Positions 1 through 11,275 of a stretch of 64,000 nucleotides of DNA are shown here, piece by piece (position 1 is the first letter of the stretch; the number at the start of each line of letters is the position of its first letter). Both the position numbers and the translations under genes were made by a program. Under the pieces are notes generated by a model that saw only the letters and a program-made list of their open reading frames with translations, searched no databases and was not told the origin of the DNA. The DNA lies in sequence record NC_054927.1. One strand, given 5' to 3'. Source of the DNA: Escherichia phage vB_EcoM_Ozark.

Positions 1-1
1 A

Positions 2-283
2 GCGACTATTCAAGAATTTAGAACGTTTAGTGAAAAAGGCGTGTCTTGGGCGGCTGAAGAAGGTTATCATGACGATTTAGTAATGTCTTTAGTGATTTTT
101 GGATGGTTATCAACGCAGTCAAAATTTATTGATTATGCGGATAAAGATGACATGCGACTAGCATCTGAAGTGTTTTCAAAAGAACTTCAAGATATGAGCG
201 ACGACTACGCGCCAGTTATATTTGTGGATTCGGTTCATTCTGCTGAGTATGTTCCAGTATCTCATGGTATGTCAATGGTATAA
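2..283 (+). CDS. 17: terminase large subunit, C-terminal fragment (5' end outside window)
   Basis: Frame open from window edge to stop at 281-283; sits immediately upstream of tail sheath gene as in T4 order 17-18-19. Confidence 0.6.
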   Translation, partial: ATIQEFRTFSEKGVSWAAEEGYHDDLVMSLVIFGWLSTQSKFIDYADKDDMRLASEVFSKELQDMSDDYAPVIFVDSVHSAEYVPVSHGMSMV

Positions 284-286
284 ATA
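279..286 (+). promoter_or_regulatory. late promoter motif TATAAATA upstream of gene 18
   Basis: Exact TATAAATA 29 nt upstream of the gene 18 ATG. Confidence 0.6.
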
Positions 287-314
287 TATTAAAGCATATT
301 AAAGAGGATTAAAA

Positions 315-2294
315 ATGACTTTATTATCTCCGGGCATTGAGCTCAAAGAAACTACGGTTCAAAGCACCGTGGTTAATAACTCTACTGGTACAGCAGCTTT
401 GGCCGGTAAATTCCAGTGGGGTCCTGCTTTTCAGATTAAACAGGTTACAAATGAAGTAGATTTAGTTAATACTTTTGGTCAACCAACCGCTGAAACTGCT
501 GACTATTTTATGTCTGCGATGAATTTCTTGCAGTACGGAAATGACTTACGAGTTGTTCGTGCTGTCGATAGAGATACCGCTAAAAACTCATCTCCGATTG
601 CTGGTAATATTGAATACACAATTTCTACCCCAGGTAGTAACTATGCGGTTGGAGATAAAATCACGGTCAAATATGTTTCAGATGATATTGAAACTGAAGG
701 TAAAATCACCGAAGTAGATGCTGATGGAAAAATCAAGAAAATTAGTATTCCTACTGCAAAAATTATCGCTAAAGCGAAAGAAGTCGGTGAATATCCAACA
801 CTAGGTTCTAACTGGACTGCGGAAATTTCTTCGTCTTCCTCTGGTTTAGCTGCAGTAATAACTCTTGGAAAAATTATTACTGATTCTGGTATTTTATTAG
901 CTGAAATTGAAAATGCTGAAGCTGCTATAACAGCAGTTGACTTTCAAGCAAATCTCGAAAAATACGGAATTCCAGGAGTAGTAGCTCTTTATCCAGGCGA
1001 ATTAGGCGATAAAATTGAAATTGAAATCGTATCTAAAGCTGACTATGCAAAAGGAGCTTCTGCATTACTCCCAATTTATCCAGGTGGTGGTACTCGTGCA
1101 TCTACTGCCAAAGCAGTGTTTGGATATGGACCGCAAACTGATTCACAGTACGCTATTATAGTTCGTCGTAATGATGCTATTGTTCAAAGCGTTGTTCTTT
1201 CAACTAAGCGTGGTGAAAAAGATATTTACGATAGTAACATCTATATCGATGACTTTTTCGCAAAAGGTGGTTCAGAATATATTTTTGCAACTGCACAAAA
1301 CTGGCCAGAAGGCTTCTCTGGAATTTTAACTCTGTCTGGTGGATTATCATCAAATGCTGAAGTAACAGCAGGAGATTTGATGGAAGCTTGGGACTTCTTT
1401 GCTGACCGTGAATCTGTTGACGTTCAACTGTTTATTGCGGGTTCTTGTGCCGGTGAATCTTTAGAAACAGCATCTACTGTCCAAAAACATGTTGTTTCAA
1501 TCGGGGATGCTCGTCAAGATTGCTTAGTATTGTGCTCTCCTCCGCGTGAAACTGTAGTTGGAATTCCTGTAACTCGTGCTGTTGATAACTTAGTCAATTG
1601 GAGAACTGCGGCAGGTTCATACACTGATAATAACTTTAATATCAGTTCAACCTATGCAGCAATCGACGGCAACTACAAATATCAGTATGACAAATATAAT
1701 GATGTGAATCGTTGGGTTCCATTAGCAGCTGATATTGCTGGTTTATGCGCAAGAACTGATAACGTTTCTCAAACTTGGATGTCTCCAGCTGGTTATAATC
1801 GTGGCCAGATTCTTAACGTTATTAAACTTGCTATTGAAACTCGCCAAGCTCAGCGCGACCGTTTATACCAAGAAGCTATTAACCCGGTAACTGGTACAGG
1901 TGGCGATGGTTACGTATTGTATGGTGATAAAACAGCTACTTCTGTTCCTTCTCCGTTTGATCGTATTAACGTTCGTCGTCTGTTTAATATGTTGAAAACG
2001 AATATCGGACGTAGTTCAAAATATCGTTTGTTCGAATTAAACAACGCGTTTACTCGTTCATCATTCCGCACAGAAACTGCCCAGTACTTACAGGGAATTA
2101 AAGCTCTCGGTGGAATTTATGAATATCGTGTAGTTTGCGATACAACAAATAACACTCCGTCAGTAATTGATAGAAATGAGTTTGTTGCAACATTCTACAT
2201 CCAACCTGCGCGCAGTATAAATTATATTACTTTGAATTTCGTCGCAACTGCTACTGGTGCAGACTTCGATGAGTTAACTGGTCTTGCAGGTTAA
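315..2294 (+). CDS. 18: tail sheath protein
   Basis: 659-aa ORF starting MTLLSPGIELK, ATG preceded by AGAGGA; length and position match T4 gp18. Confidence 0.93.
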   Translation: MTLLSPGIELKETTVQSTVVNNSTGTAALAGKFQWGPAFQIKQVTNEVDLVNTFGQPTAETADYFMSAMNFLQYGNDLRVVRAVDRDTAKNSSPIAGNIEYTISTPGSNYAVGDKITVKYVSDDIETEGKITEVDADGKIKKISIPTAKIIAKAKEVGEYPTLGSNWTAEISSSSSGLAAVITLGKIITDSGILLAEIENAEAAITAVDFQANLEKYGIPGVVALYPGELGDKIEIEIVSKADYAKGASALLPIYPGGGTRASTAKAVFGYGPQTDSQYAIIVRRNDAIVQSVVLSTKRGEKDIYDSNIYIDDFFAKGGSEYIFATAQNWPEGFSGILTLSGGLSSNAEVTAGDLMEAWDFFADRESVDVQLFIAGSCAGESLETASTVQKHVVSIGDARQDCLVLCSPPRETVVGIPVTRAVDNLVNWRTAAGSYTDNNFNISSTYAAIDGNYKYQYDKYNDVNRWVPLAADIAGLCARTDNVSQTWMSPAGYNRGQILNVIKLAIETRQAQRDRLYQEAINPVTGTGGDGYVLYGDKTATSVPSPFDRINVRRLFNMLKTNIGRSSKYRLFELNNAFTRSSFRTETAQYLQGIKALGGIYEYRVVCDTTNNTPSVIDRNEFVATFYIQPARSINYITLNFVATATGADFDELTGLAG

Positions 2295-2310
2295 TACGGT
2301 GCATTCTAAA

Positions 2311-2328
2311 GGCCTGTTTCGGCAGGCC
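2311..2328 (+). terminator. stem-loop downstream of gene 18
   Basis: GGCCUG-UUUCGG-CAGGCC inverted repeat directly after the gene 18 stop. Confidence 0.4.
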
Positions 2329-2388
2329 ATATAAATACACTATATCCTTAATTCTTTAATTCTATATGCCCTAGGTTAAACATAGGGA

Positions 2389-2396
2389 TATAAATA
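2389..2396 (+). promoter_or_regulatory. late promoter motif upstream of gene 19
   Basis: Exact TATAAATA 15 nt upstream of the gene 19 ATG; a second copy lies at 2330-2337. Confidence 0.55.
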
Positions 2397-2410
2397 CTAC
2401 AGAGGCTAAT

Positions 2411-2902
2411 ATGTTTGTAGATGATGTAACACGAGCGTTTGAATCTGGTGATTTTGCTCGACCTAACTTATTCCAAGTAGAAATTTCTTATCTTGGACAA
2501 AATTTTACGTTCCAATGTAAAGCTACTGCTCTACCAGCTGGTATTGTAGAAAAAATTCCAGTCGGATTTATGAACCGTAAAATTAACGTAGCAGGCGATC
2601 GTACATTCGATGACTGGACTGTTACAGTAATGAACGATGAAGCTCATGATGCTCGCCAGAAGTTCGTTGATTGGCAAAGCATTGCTGCGGGGCAAGGAAA
2701 CGAAATTACTGGTGGAAAACCTGCAGAGTATAAAAAGAGCGCTATTGTTCGCCAATATGCTCGTGACGCTAAAACAGTAACAAAAGAAATTGAAATTAAA
2801 GGCTTGTGGCCTACTAACGTGGGTGAACTTCAATTAGATTGGGATTCAAACAATGAAATCCAAACCTTTGAAGTAACTCTTGCTCTCGATTATTGGGAAT
2901 AA
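2411..2902 (+). CDS. 19: tail tube protein
   Basis: 163-aa ORF starting MFVDDVTRAFESGDF; size and position as T4 gp19. Confidence 0.93.
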   Translation: MFVDDVTRAFESGDFARPNLFQVEISYLGQNFTFQCKATALPAGIVEKIPVGFMNRKINVAGDRTFDDWTVTVMNDEAHDARQKFVDWQSIAAGQGNEITGGKPAEYKKSAIVRQYARDAKTVTKEIEIKGLWPTNVGELQLDWDSNNEIQTFEVTLALDYWE

Positions 2903-2934
2903 AATGAATGGGGAGAAATCCCCATCCTGCTTAA

Positions 2935-4559
<1,625 letters not shown>

Positions 4560-4560
<1 letters not shown>

Positions 4561-4808
4561 TGGAAGGTTTAATTGAAGCTATTAAATCAAACGACCTCGT
4601 AGCCGCTCGTAAATTATTTGCTGAAGCCATGGCTGCAAGAACGATTGATTTAATTAAAGAAGAAAAAATCGCTATCGCTCGTAATTTCTTAATCGAAGGT
4701 GAAGAACCTGAAGACGAGGATGAAGATGATGACGAAGATAGCGATGATAAAGACGACAAAAAAGACAAAGACTCTGACGAAGATGACGAAGACGAGGATG
4801 ATGAATAA
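4560..4808 (+). CDS. 67: prohead core protein with highly acidic C-terminus
   Basis: 82-codon ORF overlapping the gene 20 stop (TAATG); Asp/Glu-rich tail; position as T4 gene 67. Confidence 0.75.
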
Positions 4809-5233
4809 TGCTTCTGATCCCTGAAACTCATGAATTAGTTCTCGAGAATGTCGAAGCACTTATTCCTGAAGCACAGGGTCGCTTTGACGAATTGTCTTCT
4901 GCTTTAAATAAAGACGATATAAATACAATTGTCGAGAATATGCTTGATGATGAAACTGATTTAGCGGTTGCATTAGCTTCTATTAATGAAAATATGCCGT
5001 TAAATGAATTTATCGTTAAACATGTTTCTGCCCGTGGTGAAATTACTCGCACTAAAGATCGCAAAACGCGTGAACGTAATGCATTTCAAACCACTGGGCT
5101 GTCTAAAGCAAAACGTAGACAAATTGCTCGTAAAGCTACCAAAACGAAGATTGCCAATCCAGCAGGTCAATCTCGTGCTCAGCGTAAGCGTAAAAAAGCT
5201 CTTAAACGCCGTAAAGCATTAGGATTAAGCTAA
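4808..5233 (+). CDS. 68: prohead core protein
   Basis: 141-aa ORF translationally coupled (TAATG) between genes 67 and 21. Confidence 0.75.
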
Positions 5234-5871
5234 TGAATGAACCCCAATTACTAATTGAAACTTGGGGTCAACCTGGCGAAATTATTGATGGTGTGCCAAT
5301 GCTCGAATCCCACGATGGAAAAGACTTAGGTTTAAAACCGGGTTTATACATCGAAGGAATATTCATGCAAGCGGAAGTCGTCAATAGAAATAAACGTCTT
5401 TATCCAAAACGCATATTAGAAAAAGCGGTAAAAGACTATATTAATGAGCAAGTTTTAACTAAACAAGCTCTCGGAGAATTAAATCATCCTCCACGCGCTA
5501 ATGTTGACCCAATGCAAGCCGCTATCATTATAGAAGATATGTGGTGGAAAGGAAATGACGTATACGGACGAGCTCGTGTTATTGAAGGTGACCACGGTCC
5601 TGGAGATAAATTAGCAGCTAATATTCGTGCCGGATGGATTCCAGGAGTTTCTTCTCGTGGATTAGGTTCATTGACTGACACAAATAAAGGTTATCGTATC
5701 GTAAACGAAGGATTCAAATTAACTGTAGGTGTTGATGCAGTATGGGGTCCAAGTGCTCCAGATGCATGGGTAACTCCTAAGGAAATTACCGAATCACAGA
5801 CGGCGGAAGCCGATACAAGTGCCGATGACGCCTATATGGCTCTCGCAGAGGCCATGAAAAAAGCGTTATAA
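5233..5871 (+). CDS. 21: prohead core protease
   Basis: 212-aa ORF; size and position as T4 gp21. Confidence 0.88.
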   Translation: MNEPQLLIETWGQPGEIIDGVPMLESHDGKDLGLKPGLYIEGIFMQAEVVNRNKRLYPKRILEKAVKDYINEQVLTKQALGELNHPPRANVDPMQAAIIIEDMWWKGNDVYGRARVIEGDHGPGDKLAANIRAGWIPGVSSRGLGSLTDTNKGYRIVNEGFKLTVGVDAVWGPSAPDAWVTPKEITESQTAEADTSADDAYMALAEAMKKAL

Positions 5872-5874
5872 ATA
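5867..5874 (+). promoter_or_regulatory. late promoter motif upstream of gene 22
   Basis: TATAAATA overlapping the gene 21 stop, 27 nt before the gene 22 ATG. Confidence 0.5.
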
Positions 5875-5901
5875 TTATTATCTAAACAACAGGACTACAA
5901 A

Positions 5902-6711
5902 ATGCTTAAAGAACAACTGATTGCCGAAGCGCAGAAAATTGATGCTTCCGTTGCTCTTGATAGTATTTTCGAATCAGTTAATATTTCTCCGGAAGCAAAA
6001 GAAACTTTCGGCACTGTATTCGAAGCTACCGTCAAGCAGCACGCCGTTAAATTAGCTGAATCTCATATCGCTAAAATTGCTGAAAAAGCAGAAGAAGAAG
6101 TAGAAAAAAATAAAGAAGAAGCCGAAGAAAAAGCTGAGAAGAAAATCGCTGAGCAAGCTTCTAAATTCATTGACCATCTTGCAAAAGAATGGCTCGCTGA
6201 AAATAAATTAGCAGTTGATAAAGGCATCAAAGCCGAACTGTTTGAATCCATGCTTGGTGGATTAAAAGAGCTCTTTGTTGAACACAACGTTGTTGTTCCA
6301 GAAGAATCAGTTGATGTTGTAGCTGAAATGGAAGAAGAGCTGCAAGAACATAAAGAAGAATCAGCTCGTCTGTTCGAAGAACTCAATATGCGCGACGCAT
6401 ATATCAATTATGTGCAGCGTGAAGTGGCATTGAGCGAAAGTACTAAAGATCTGACTGAGTCTCAAAAAGAAAAAGTCTCTGCTCTGGTCGAAGGTATGGA
6501 TTATTCAGATGAATTCTCAAATAAATTGAGTGCCATCGTAGAAATGGTGAAGAAGTCTAATAAAGATGAAAGCACTATTACTGAGGGTATAAATACTCCT
6601 GATACTGAAGCAGCCGGACTAAATTTCGTCACTGAAGCTGTAGAAGATAAATCTGCATCTGGTGCAGAAGATATTGTAAGTGTATATGCGAAAGTCGCAT
6701 CTCGTTTCTAA
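5902..6711 (+). CDS. 22: prohead core scaffold protein
   Basis: 269-aa Glu/Lys/Ala-rich coiled-coil-like ORF; position as T4 gp22. Confidence 0.88.
   Translation: MLKEQLIAEAQKIDASVALDSIFESVNISPEAKETFGTVFEATVKQHAVKLAESHIAKIAEKAEEEVEKNKEEAEEKAEKKIAEQASKFIDHLAKEWLAENKLAVDKGIKAELFESMLGGLKELFVEHNVVVPEESVDVVAEMEEELQEHKEESARLFEELNMRDAYINYVQREVALSESTKDLTESQKEKVSALVEGMDYSDEFSNKLSAIVEMVKKSNKDESTITEGINTPDTEAAGLNFVTEAVEDKSASGAEDIVSVYAKVASRF
6588..6595 (+). promoter_or_regulatory. late promoter motif for gene 23, inside the 3' end of gene 22
   Basis: TATAAATA about 135 nt upstream of the gene 23 ATG. Confidence 0.5.
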
Positions 6712-6729
6712 TTTTAAAGGTTAACACAA

Positions 6730-8295
6730 ATGACTATCAAAACTAAAGCTGAACTTTTGAACAAATGGAAGCCATTACTGGAAGGTGAAGGTTTACCGGA
6801 AATTGCTAATAGCAAACAAGCGATTATCGCTAAAATCTTTGAAAACCAGGAAAAAGATTTCCAGACAGCTCCGGAATATAAAGACGAAAAAATTGCTCAG
6901 GCATTCGGTTCTTTCTTAACAGAAGCTGAAATCGGTGGTGACCACGGTTACAATGCTACCAACATCGCTGCAGGTCAGACTTCTGGCGCAGTAACTCAGA
7001 TTGGCCCGGCTGTTATGGGTATGGTACGTCGTGCTATTCCTAACCTGATTGCTTTCGATATTTGCGGTGTTCAACCGATGAGCAGCCCAACCGGTCAGGT
7101 ATTCGCACTCCGCGCGGTATATGGTAAAGATCCGATCGCTGCCGGTGCTAAAGAAGCATTCCACCCAATGTATGGTCCAGATGCAATGTTCTCTGGTCAG
7201 GGTGCTGCTAAGAAATTCCCAGCTCTGGCTGCTAGCACACAAACCACAGTAGGTGATATCTATACTCACTTCTTCCAGGACACTGGTACTGTGTATCTGC
7301 AAGCTTCTGTTCAAGTAACAATCGATGCTGGTGCGACTGATGCTGCTAAATTAGATGCTGAAATTAAGAAACAAATGGAAGCTGGTGCACTGGTAGAAAT
7401 CGCTGAAGGTATGGCTACTTCTATCGCTGAACTCCAGGAAGGTTTCAACGGTTCTACCGATAACCCATGGAATGAAATGGGCTTCCGTATCGATAAACAA
7501 GTTATCGAAGCTAAATCTCGCCAGCTGAAAGCTGCTTACTCTATCGAATTAGCACAAGACCTCCGCGCTGTTCACGGTATGGATGCTGATGCCGAACTGT
7601 CTGGTATTCTGGCTACCGAAATCATGCTGGAAATCAACCGTGAAGTTGTTGATTGGATTAACTACTCGGCTCAGGTTGGTAAATCTGGTATGACCCTGAC
7701 TCCAGGTTCTAAAGCTGGTGTATTTGACTTCCAGGATCCGATTGATATTCGTGGTGCTCGCTGGGCGGGTGAATCCTTTAAAGCTCTGTTGTTCCAGATT
7801 GACAAAGAAGCAGTTGAAATTGCTCGTCAGACCGGTCGTGGTGAAGGTAACTTCATTATCGCTTCCCGTAACGTAGTTAACGTTCTGGCTTCAGTTGATA
7901 CTGGCATTTCTTATGCTGCACAGGGTCTGGCTACCGGCTTTAACACTGATACTACCAAGTCAGTATTTGCTGGTGTTCTGGGTGGTAAATACCGTGTATA
8001 TATCGACCAGTATGCTAAACAGGATTATTTCACTGTAGGTTATAAAGGTCCGAACGAAATGGATGCTGGTATTTACTATGCTCCATATGTAGCTCTGACT
8101 CCGCTGCGTGGTTCCGATCCGAAGAACTTCCAACCAGTAATGGGATTCAAAACTCGTTACGGTATCGGTATCAACCCATTTGCAGAATCCGCTGCTCAGG
8201 CTCCGGCTTCTCGCATTCAAAGCGGTATGCCTTCTATTCTGAATAGCCTTGGTAAAAACGCTTACTTCCGCCGTGTATATGTTAAAGGTATCTAA
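6730..8295 (+). CDS. 23: major capsid protein
   Basis: 521-aa ORF starting MTIKTKAELLNKWKPLLEGEG; matches the T4 gp23 precursor in length and sequence pattern. Confidence 0.96.
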   Translation: MTIKTKAELLNKWKPLLEGEGLPEIANSKQAIIAKIFENQEKDFQTAPEYKDEKIAQAFGSFLTEAEIGGDHGYNATNIAAGQTSGAVTQIGPAVMGMVRRAIPNLIAFDICGVQPMSSPTGQVFALRAVYGKDPIAAGAKEAFHPMYGPDAMFSGQGAAKKFPALAASTQTTVGDIYTHFFQDTGTVYLQASVQVTIDAGATDAAKLDAEIKKQMEAGALVEIAEGMATSIAELQEGFNGSTDNPWNEMGFRIDKQVIEAKSRQLKAAYSIELAQDLRAVHGMDADAELSGILATEIMLEINREVVDWINYSAQVGKSGMTLTPGSKAGVFDFQDPIDIRGARWAGESFKALLFQIDKEAVEIARQTGRGEGNFIIASRNVVNVLASVDTGISYAAQGLATGFNTDTTKSVFAGVLGGKYRVYIDQYAKQDYFTVGYKGPNEMDAGIYYAPYVALTPLRGSDPKNFQPVMGFKTRYGIGINPFAESAAQAPASRIQSGMPSILNSLGKNAYFRRVYVKGI

Positions 8296-8310
8296 TCTTT
8301 GACGATTTAA

Positions 8311-8326
8311 GGGACCTTCGGGTCCC
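8311..8326 (+). terminator. intrinsic terminator after gene 23
   Basis: GGGACC-UUCG-GGUCCC tetraloop hairpin followed by a U-rich tract. Confidence 0.7.
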
Positions 8327-8343
8327 TTTAGTTGTTTTTATGG

Positions 8344-8351
8344 TATAAATA
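8344..8351 (+). promoter_or_regulatory. late promoter motif upstream of gene 24
   Basis: Exact TATAAATA 28 nt upstream of the gene 24 ATG. Confidence 0.6.
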
Positions 8352-8378
8352 AATCATATAAACCAAAAGGAAAGCGCA

Positions 8379-9662
8379 ATGGCTAAAATCAACGAACTTC
8401 TGCGCGAATCAACCACAACGAATAGCAACTCAATCGGTCGCCCAAATCTCGTTGCTTTGACTCGCGCTACCACTAAATTAATATATTCTGACATTGTAGC
8501 AACGCAAAGAACTAATCAACCTGTTGCTGCTTTTTACGGTATCAAATACCTTAACCCAGATAACGAATTTACGTTTAAAACTGGTGCTACTTACGCTGGC
8601 GAAGCTGGGTACGTAGACCGAGAACAAATCACAGAATTAACAGAAGAGTCTAAATTAACTCTCAATAAAGGCGATTTATTCAAATATAATAATATCGTTT
8701 ATAAAGTATTAGAAGATACACCATTTGCTACCATTGAAGAAAGCGATTTAGAATTAGCTCTTCAGATTGCAATTGTTCTTTTAAAGGTTCGTCTATTTTC
8801 TGACGCAGCATCAACAAGCAAATTTGAAAGCTCTGATAGCGAAATTGCTGATGCTAGATTCCAGATTAATAAATGGCAAACCGCAGTTAAATCTCGTAAA
8901 CTTAAAACTGGCATCACAGTTGAATTAGCACAAGATTTAGAAGCAAATGGATTCGATGCTCCTAATTTCTTGGAAGATTTGCTTGCAACTGAAATGGCGG
9001 ATGAAATCAATAAAGATATTCTACAGTCTTTGATTACAGTATCAAAACGATATAAAGTTACAGGAATTACTGATACTGGATTCATTGATTTGAGTTATGC
9101 ATCTGCACCTGAAGCTGGCCGTTCATTATACCGAATGGTATGTGAAATGGTTTCGCATATCCAAAAAGAATCAACTTATACAGCAACGTTCTGCGTTGCT
9201 TCAGCTCGTGCCGCTGCGATTCTTGCTGCATCAGGTTGGTTAAAACATAAACCAGAAGATGACAAATATCTTTCACAAAATGCCTACGGGTTCTTAGCTA
9301 ATGGTTTACCACTTTATTGTGATACTAACAGCCCATTAGATTATGTAATCGTTGGTGTGGTAGAAAATATCGGTGAAAAAGAAATTGTCGGATCAATTTT
9401 CTATGCTCCGTATACAGAAGGTCTTGACTTAGATGACCCTGAACATGTAGGTGCATTTAAAGTTGTAGTTGATCCAGAAAGCTTACAACCATCTATCGGT
9501 TTATTGGTTAGATATGCTTTATCTGCAAATCCTTACACTGTAGCAAAAGATGAAAAAGAAGCAAGAATAATTGACGGTGGAGACATGGATAAAATGGCAG
9601 GTCGTTCAGATTTGTCTGTTTTATTAGGTGTTAAGCTACCAAAAATTATTGTTGATGAATAA
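8379..9662 (+). CDS. 24: capsid vertex protein
   Basis: 427-aa ORF; length and position as T4 gp24 (gp23 paralogue). Confidence 0.92.
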   Translation: MAKINELLRESTTTNSNSIGRPNLVALTRATTKLIYSDIVATQRTNQPVAAFYGIKYLNPDNEFTFKTGATYAGEAGYVDREQITELTEESKLTLNKGDLFKYNNIVYKVLEDTPFATIEESDLELALQIAIVLLKVRLFSDAASTSKFESSDSEIADARFQINKWQTAVKSRKLKTGITVELAQDLEANGFDAPNFLEDLLATEMADEINKDILQSLITVSKRYKVTGITDTGFIDLSYASAPEAGRSLYRMVCEMVSHIQKESTYTATFCVASARAAAILAASGWLKHKPEDDKYLSQNAYGFLANGLPLYCDTNSPLDYVIVGVVENIGEKEIVGSIFYAPYTEGLDLDDPEHVGAFKVVVDPESLQPSIGLLVRYALSANPYTVAKDEKEARIIDGGDMDKMAGRSDLSVLLGVKLPKIIVDE

Positions 9663-9668
9663 AACAAA

Positions 9669-9684
9669 GGGACCGAAAGGTCCC
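9669..9684. terminator. bidirectional terminator between convergent genes 24 and rnlB
   Basis: GGGACC-GAAA-GGUCCC hairpin with an A-tract upstream and a T-tract downstream. Confidence 0.7.
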
Positions 9685-9691
9685 TTTTTAT

Positions 9692-10696
9692 TTAACTTAC
9701 CAATTCAATCCAAGCCGGACGAAGTACATCTTGTACCATTTTAACTAATTCCTTTTTAATCAAAGAAGGATTATCCGCTTGAGTTAGAGTAATACCTTCA
9801 CGAGAAGTTTCTTCCAAAATATCTTGAACAGTTAGTCCCATCACCTTTCCAAAATCTTTTGGACCAATTTCGCCAATTTTAGAAATAACGTTATTTACTC
9901 GGTTCAGTGTAACGTAGCAAGCTAAAATTCCCAGCAATTTATTATCAGCTTCTGACAGCTCAACTTTAGCTTTAATAGGCTTATCAGACTTTTTCTTTTC
10001 ACTAAATTTGGAATTCTTGCATTTGATGGCTACACGATTGCCATTAGGCATCCAAGAAGGATAACAAGGTTTCAATACATATCCTTCAGCAGTAAATACT
10101 TCGCCTTTTGCTTCAGCATTCCAAACACATTTATTTGCATCAACTAATCCAGCATGGTCTACTGTAAAATTATAATCTTGAACAACAGAATCTAAATCAT
10201 TTGGCAATTTAATAAGCTCTTCAAATTTACCGCGACCTAAAAGTGGAGCCATTTTAAATTTAAATGTATTACAGAATGATTCCATCATATAATCATCGAC
10301 ATAAGTCACATCACCACTTTCTGTAGTGACAATAATGTCAAATACATAAAAATCTTTATCGCCATAATCAACATTCTTCTGAATGCCAGGTCCAGCGAAT
10401 TCGCCAAAAACTTGATAAGATACAACCGCTGAAGTTTCCATAATATCTTGTACTGCTTTAATGGAATCAGCGTAATTCTTTAGAATAATTTCATACCCAA
10501 AGAAATCTTCAGCAGGAAGAATTGGTCCAGTACGTTTAGCGCAAGTTACTTTATCACGCTCAATAATCAATGAGAAATTTGTGCCGTGAATCTTTTCACG
10601 AGCTACCCACTCCCCACCAGTCAATCCCAGGCTATAAAGTTTTTCAATAAATTTAGAGTTGTAATGATTTTCAAGACTGCTATACTTTTTAAACAT
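9692..10696 (-). CDS. rnlB: RNA ligase 2
   Basis: 334-aa ORF starting [16 protein letters not shown] with a KxHG nucleotidyltransferase motif (EKIHGTN). Confidence 0.9.
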   Translation of the reverse strand: MFKKYSSLENHYNSKFIEKLYSLGLTGGEWVAREKIHGTNFSLIIERDKVTCAKRTGPILPAEDFFGYEIILKNYADSIKAVQDIMETSAVVSYQVFGEFAGPGIQKNVDYGDKDFYVFDIIVTTESGDVTYVDDYMMESFCNTFKFKMAPLLGRGKFEELIKLPNDLDSVVQDYNFTVDHAGLVDANKCVWNAEAKGEVFTAEGYVLKPCYPSWMPNGNRVAIKCKNSKFSEKKKSDKPIKAKVELSEADNKLLGILACYVTLNRVNNVISKIGEIGPKDFGKVMGLTVQDILEETSREGITLTQADNPSLIKKELVKMVQDVLRPAWIELVS

Positions 10697-10705
10697 AATT
10701 AATCC

Positions 10706-10984
10706 TCAAAATGTAATTTCTAACCAATCACCATCACGCTGATCACTATTGACTTTAAAGCTAAATCCTTCTTTTCTCAGCCAATCACCAATTTCTTCAG
10801 TAATCAATTTATCACGAGCAATACAATAATAATTAAAATGTGTTTTACCTTGTTCAGCTGCTTTATTAGCAAGTTCCGAAAAATCTTTAATAAAACATTC
10901 TAGCTTAAACTGTTTACTTTTGAATGCTTTTTCGCGTAATTGATTAGCAAAAGATGCATTTTCATAAAGATCATACTGTTCCAT
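10706..10984 (-). CDS. hypothetical protein (T4 24.2-like position)
   Basis: 92-aa ATG-initiated ORF packed between rnlB and hoc. Confidence 0.5.
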   Translation of the reverse strand: MEQYDLYENASFANQLREKAFKSKQFKLECFIKDFSELANKAAEQGKTHFNYYCIARDKLITEEIGDWLRKEGFSFKVNSDQRDGDWLEITF

Positions 10985-11186
10985 TTTTCACCTTTTTATT
11001 GATATGTCTTTTTCTATAGACAACTTTTTCTCGAGTTTCAAATTTATTCTTAGCAGTCATAGCTCGAGCCCATAATACAGCCACTTCTTTTGCCTGTAAG
11101 TTTAATTCACGAGCAATTTCAATGAATGACTTTCCAGACTCATGAAGAGTAAACACCACAACCTCAGTTCTCATAATCAATCTCAT
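10971..11186 (-). CDS. hypothetical small protein with helix-turn-helix-like segment
   Basis: 71-aa ORF; residues SGKSFIEIARELNLQAKEVAVLWARA resemble an HTH. Confidence 0.4.
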   Translation of the reverse strand: MRLIMRTEVVVFTLHESGKSFIEIARELNLQAKEVAVLWARAMTAKNKFETREKVVYRKRHINKKVKNGTV

Positions 11187-11255
11187 GTTATCGAGTTGGT
11201 GCCATTATATACATCATTTTCTGATTGTGTTTTGTGTGCTTTCAAAATGAAGAAA

Positions 11256-11269
11256 GGGGCCGAAGCCCC
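11256..11269 (-). terminator. terminator hairpin downstream of hoc
   Basis: GGGGC-UUCG-GCCCC on the minus strand followed by a U-rich run. Confidence 0.6.
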
Positions 11270-11275
11270 TTATGA

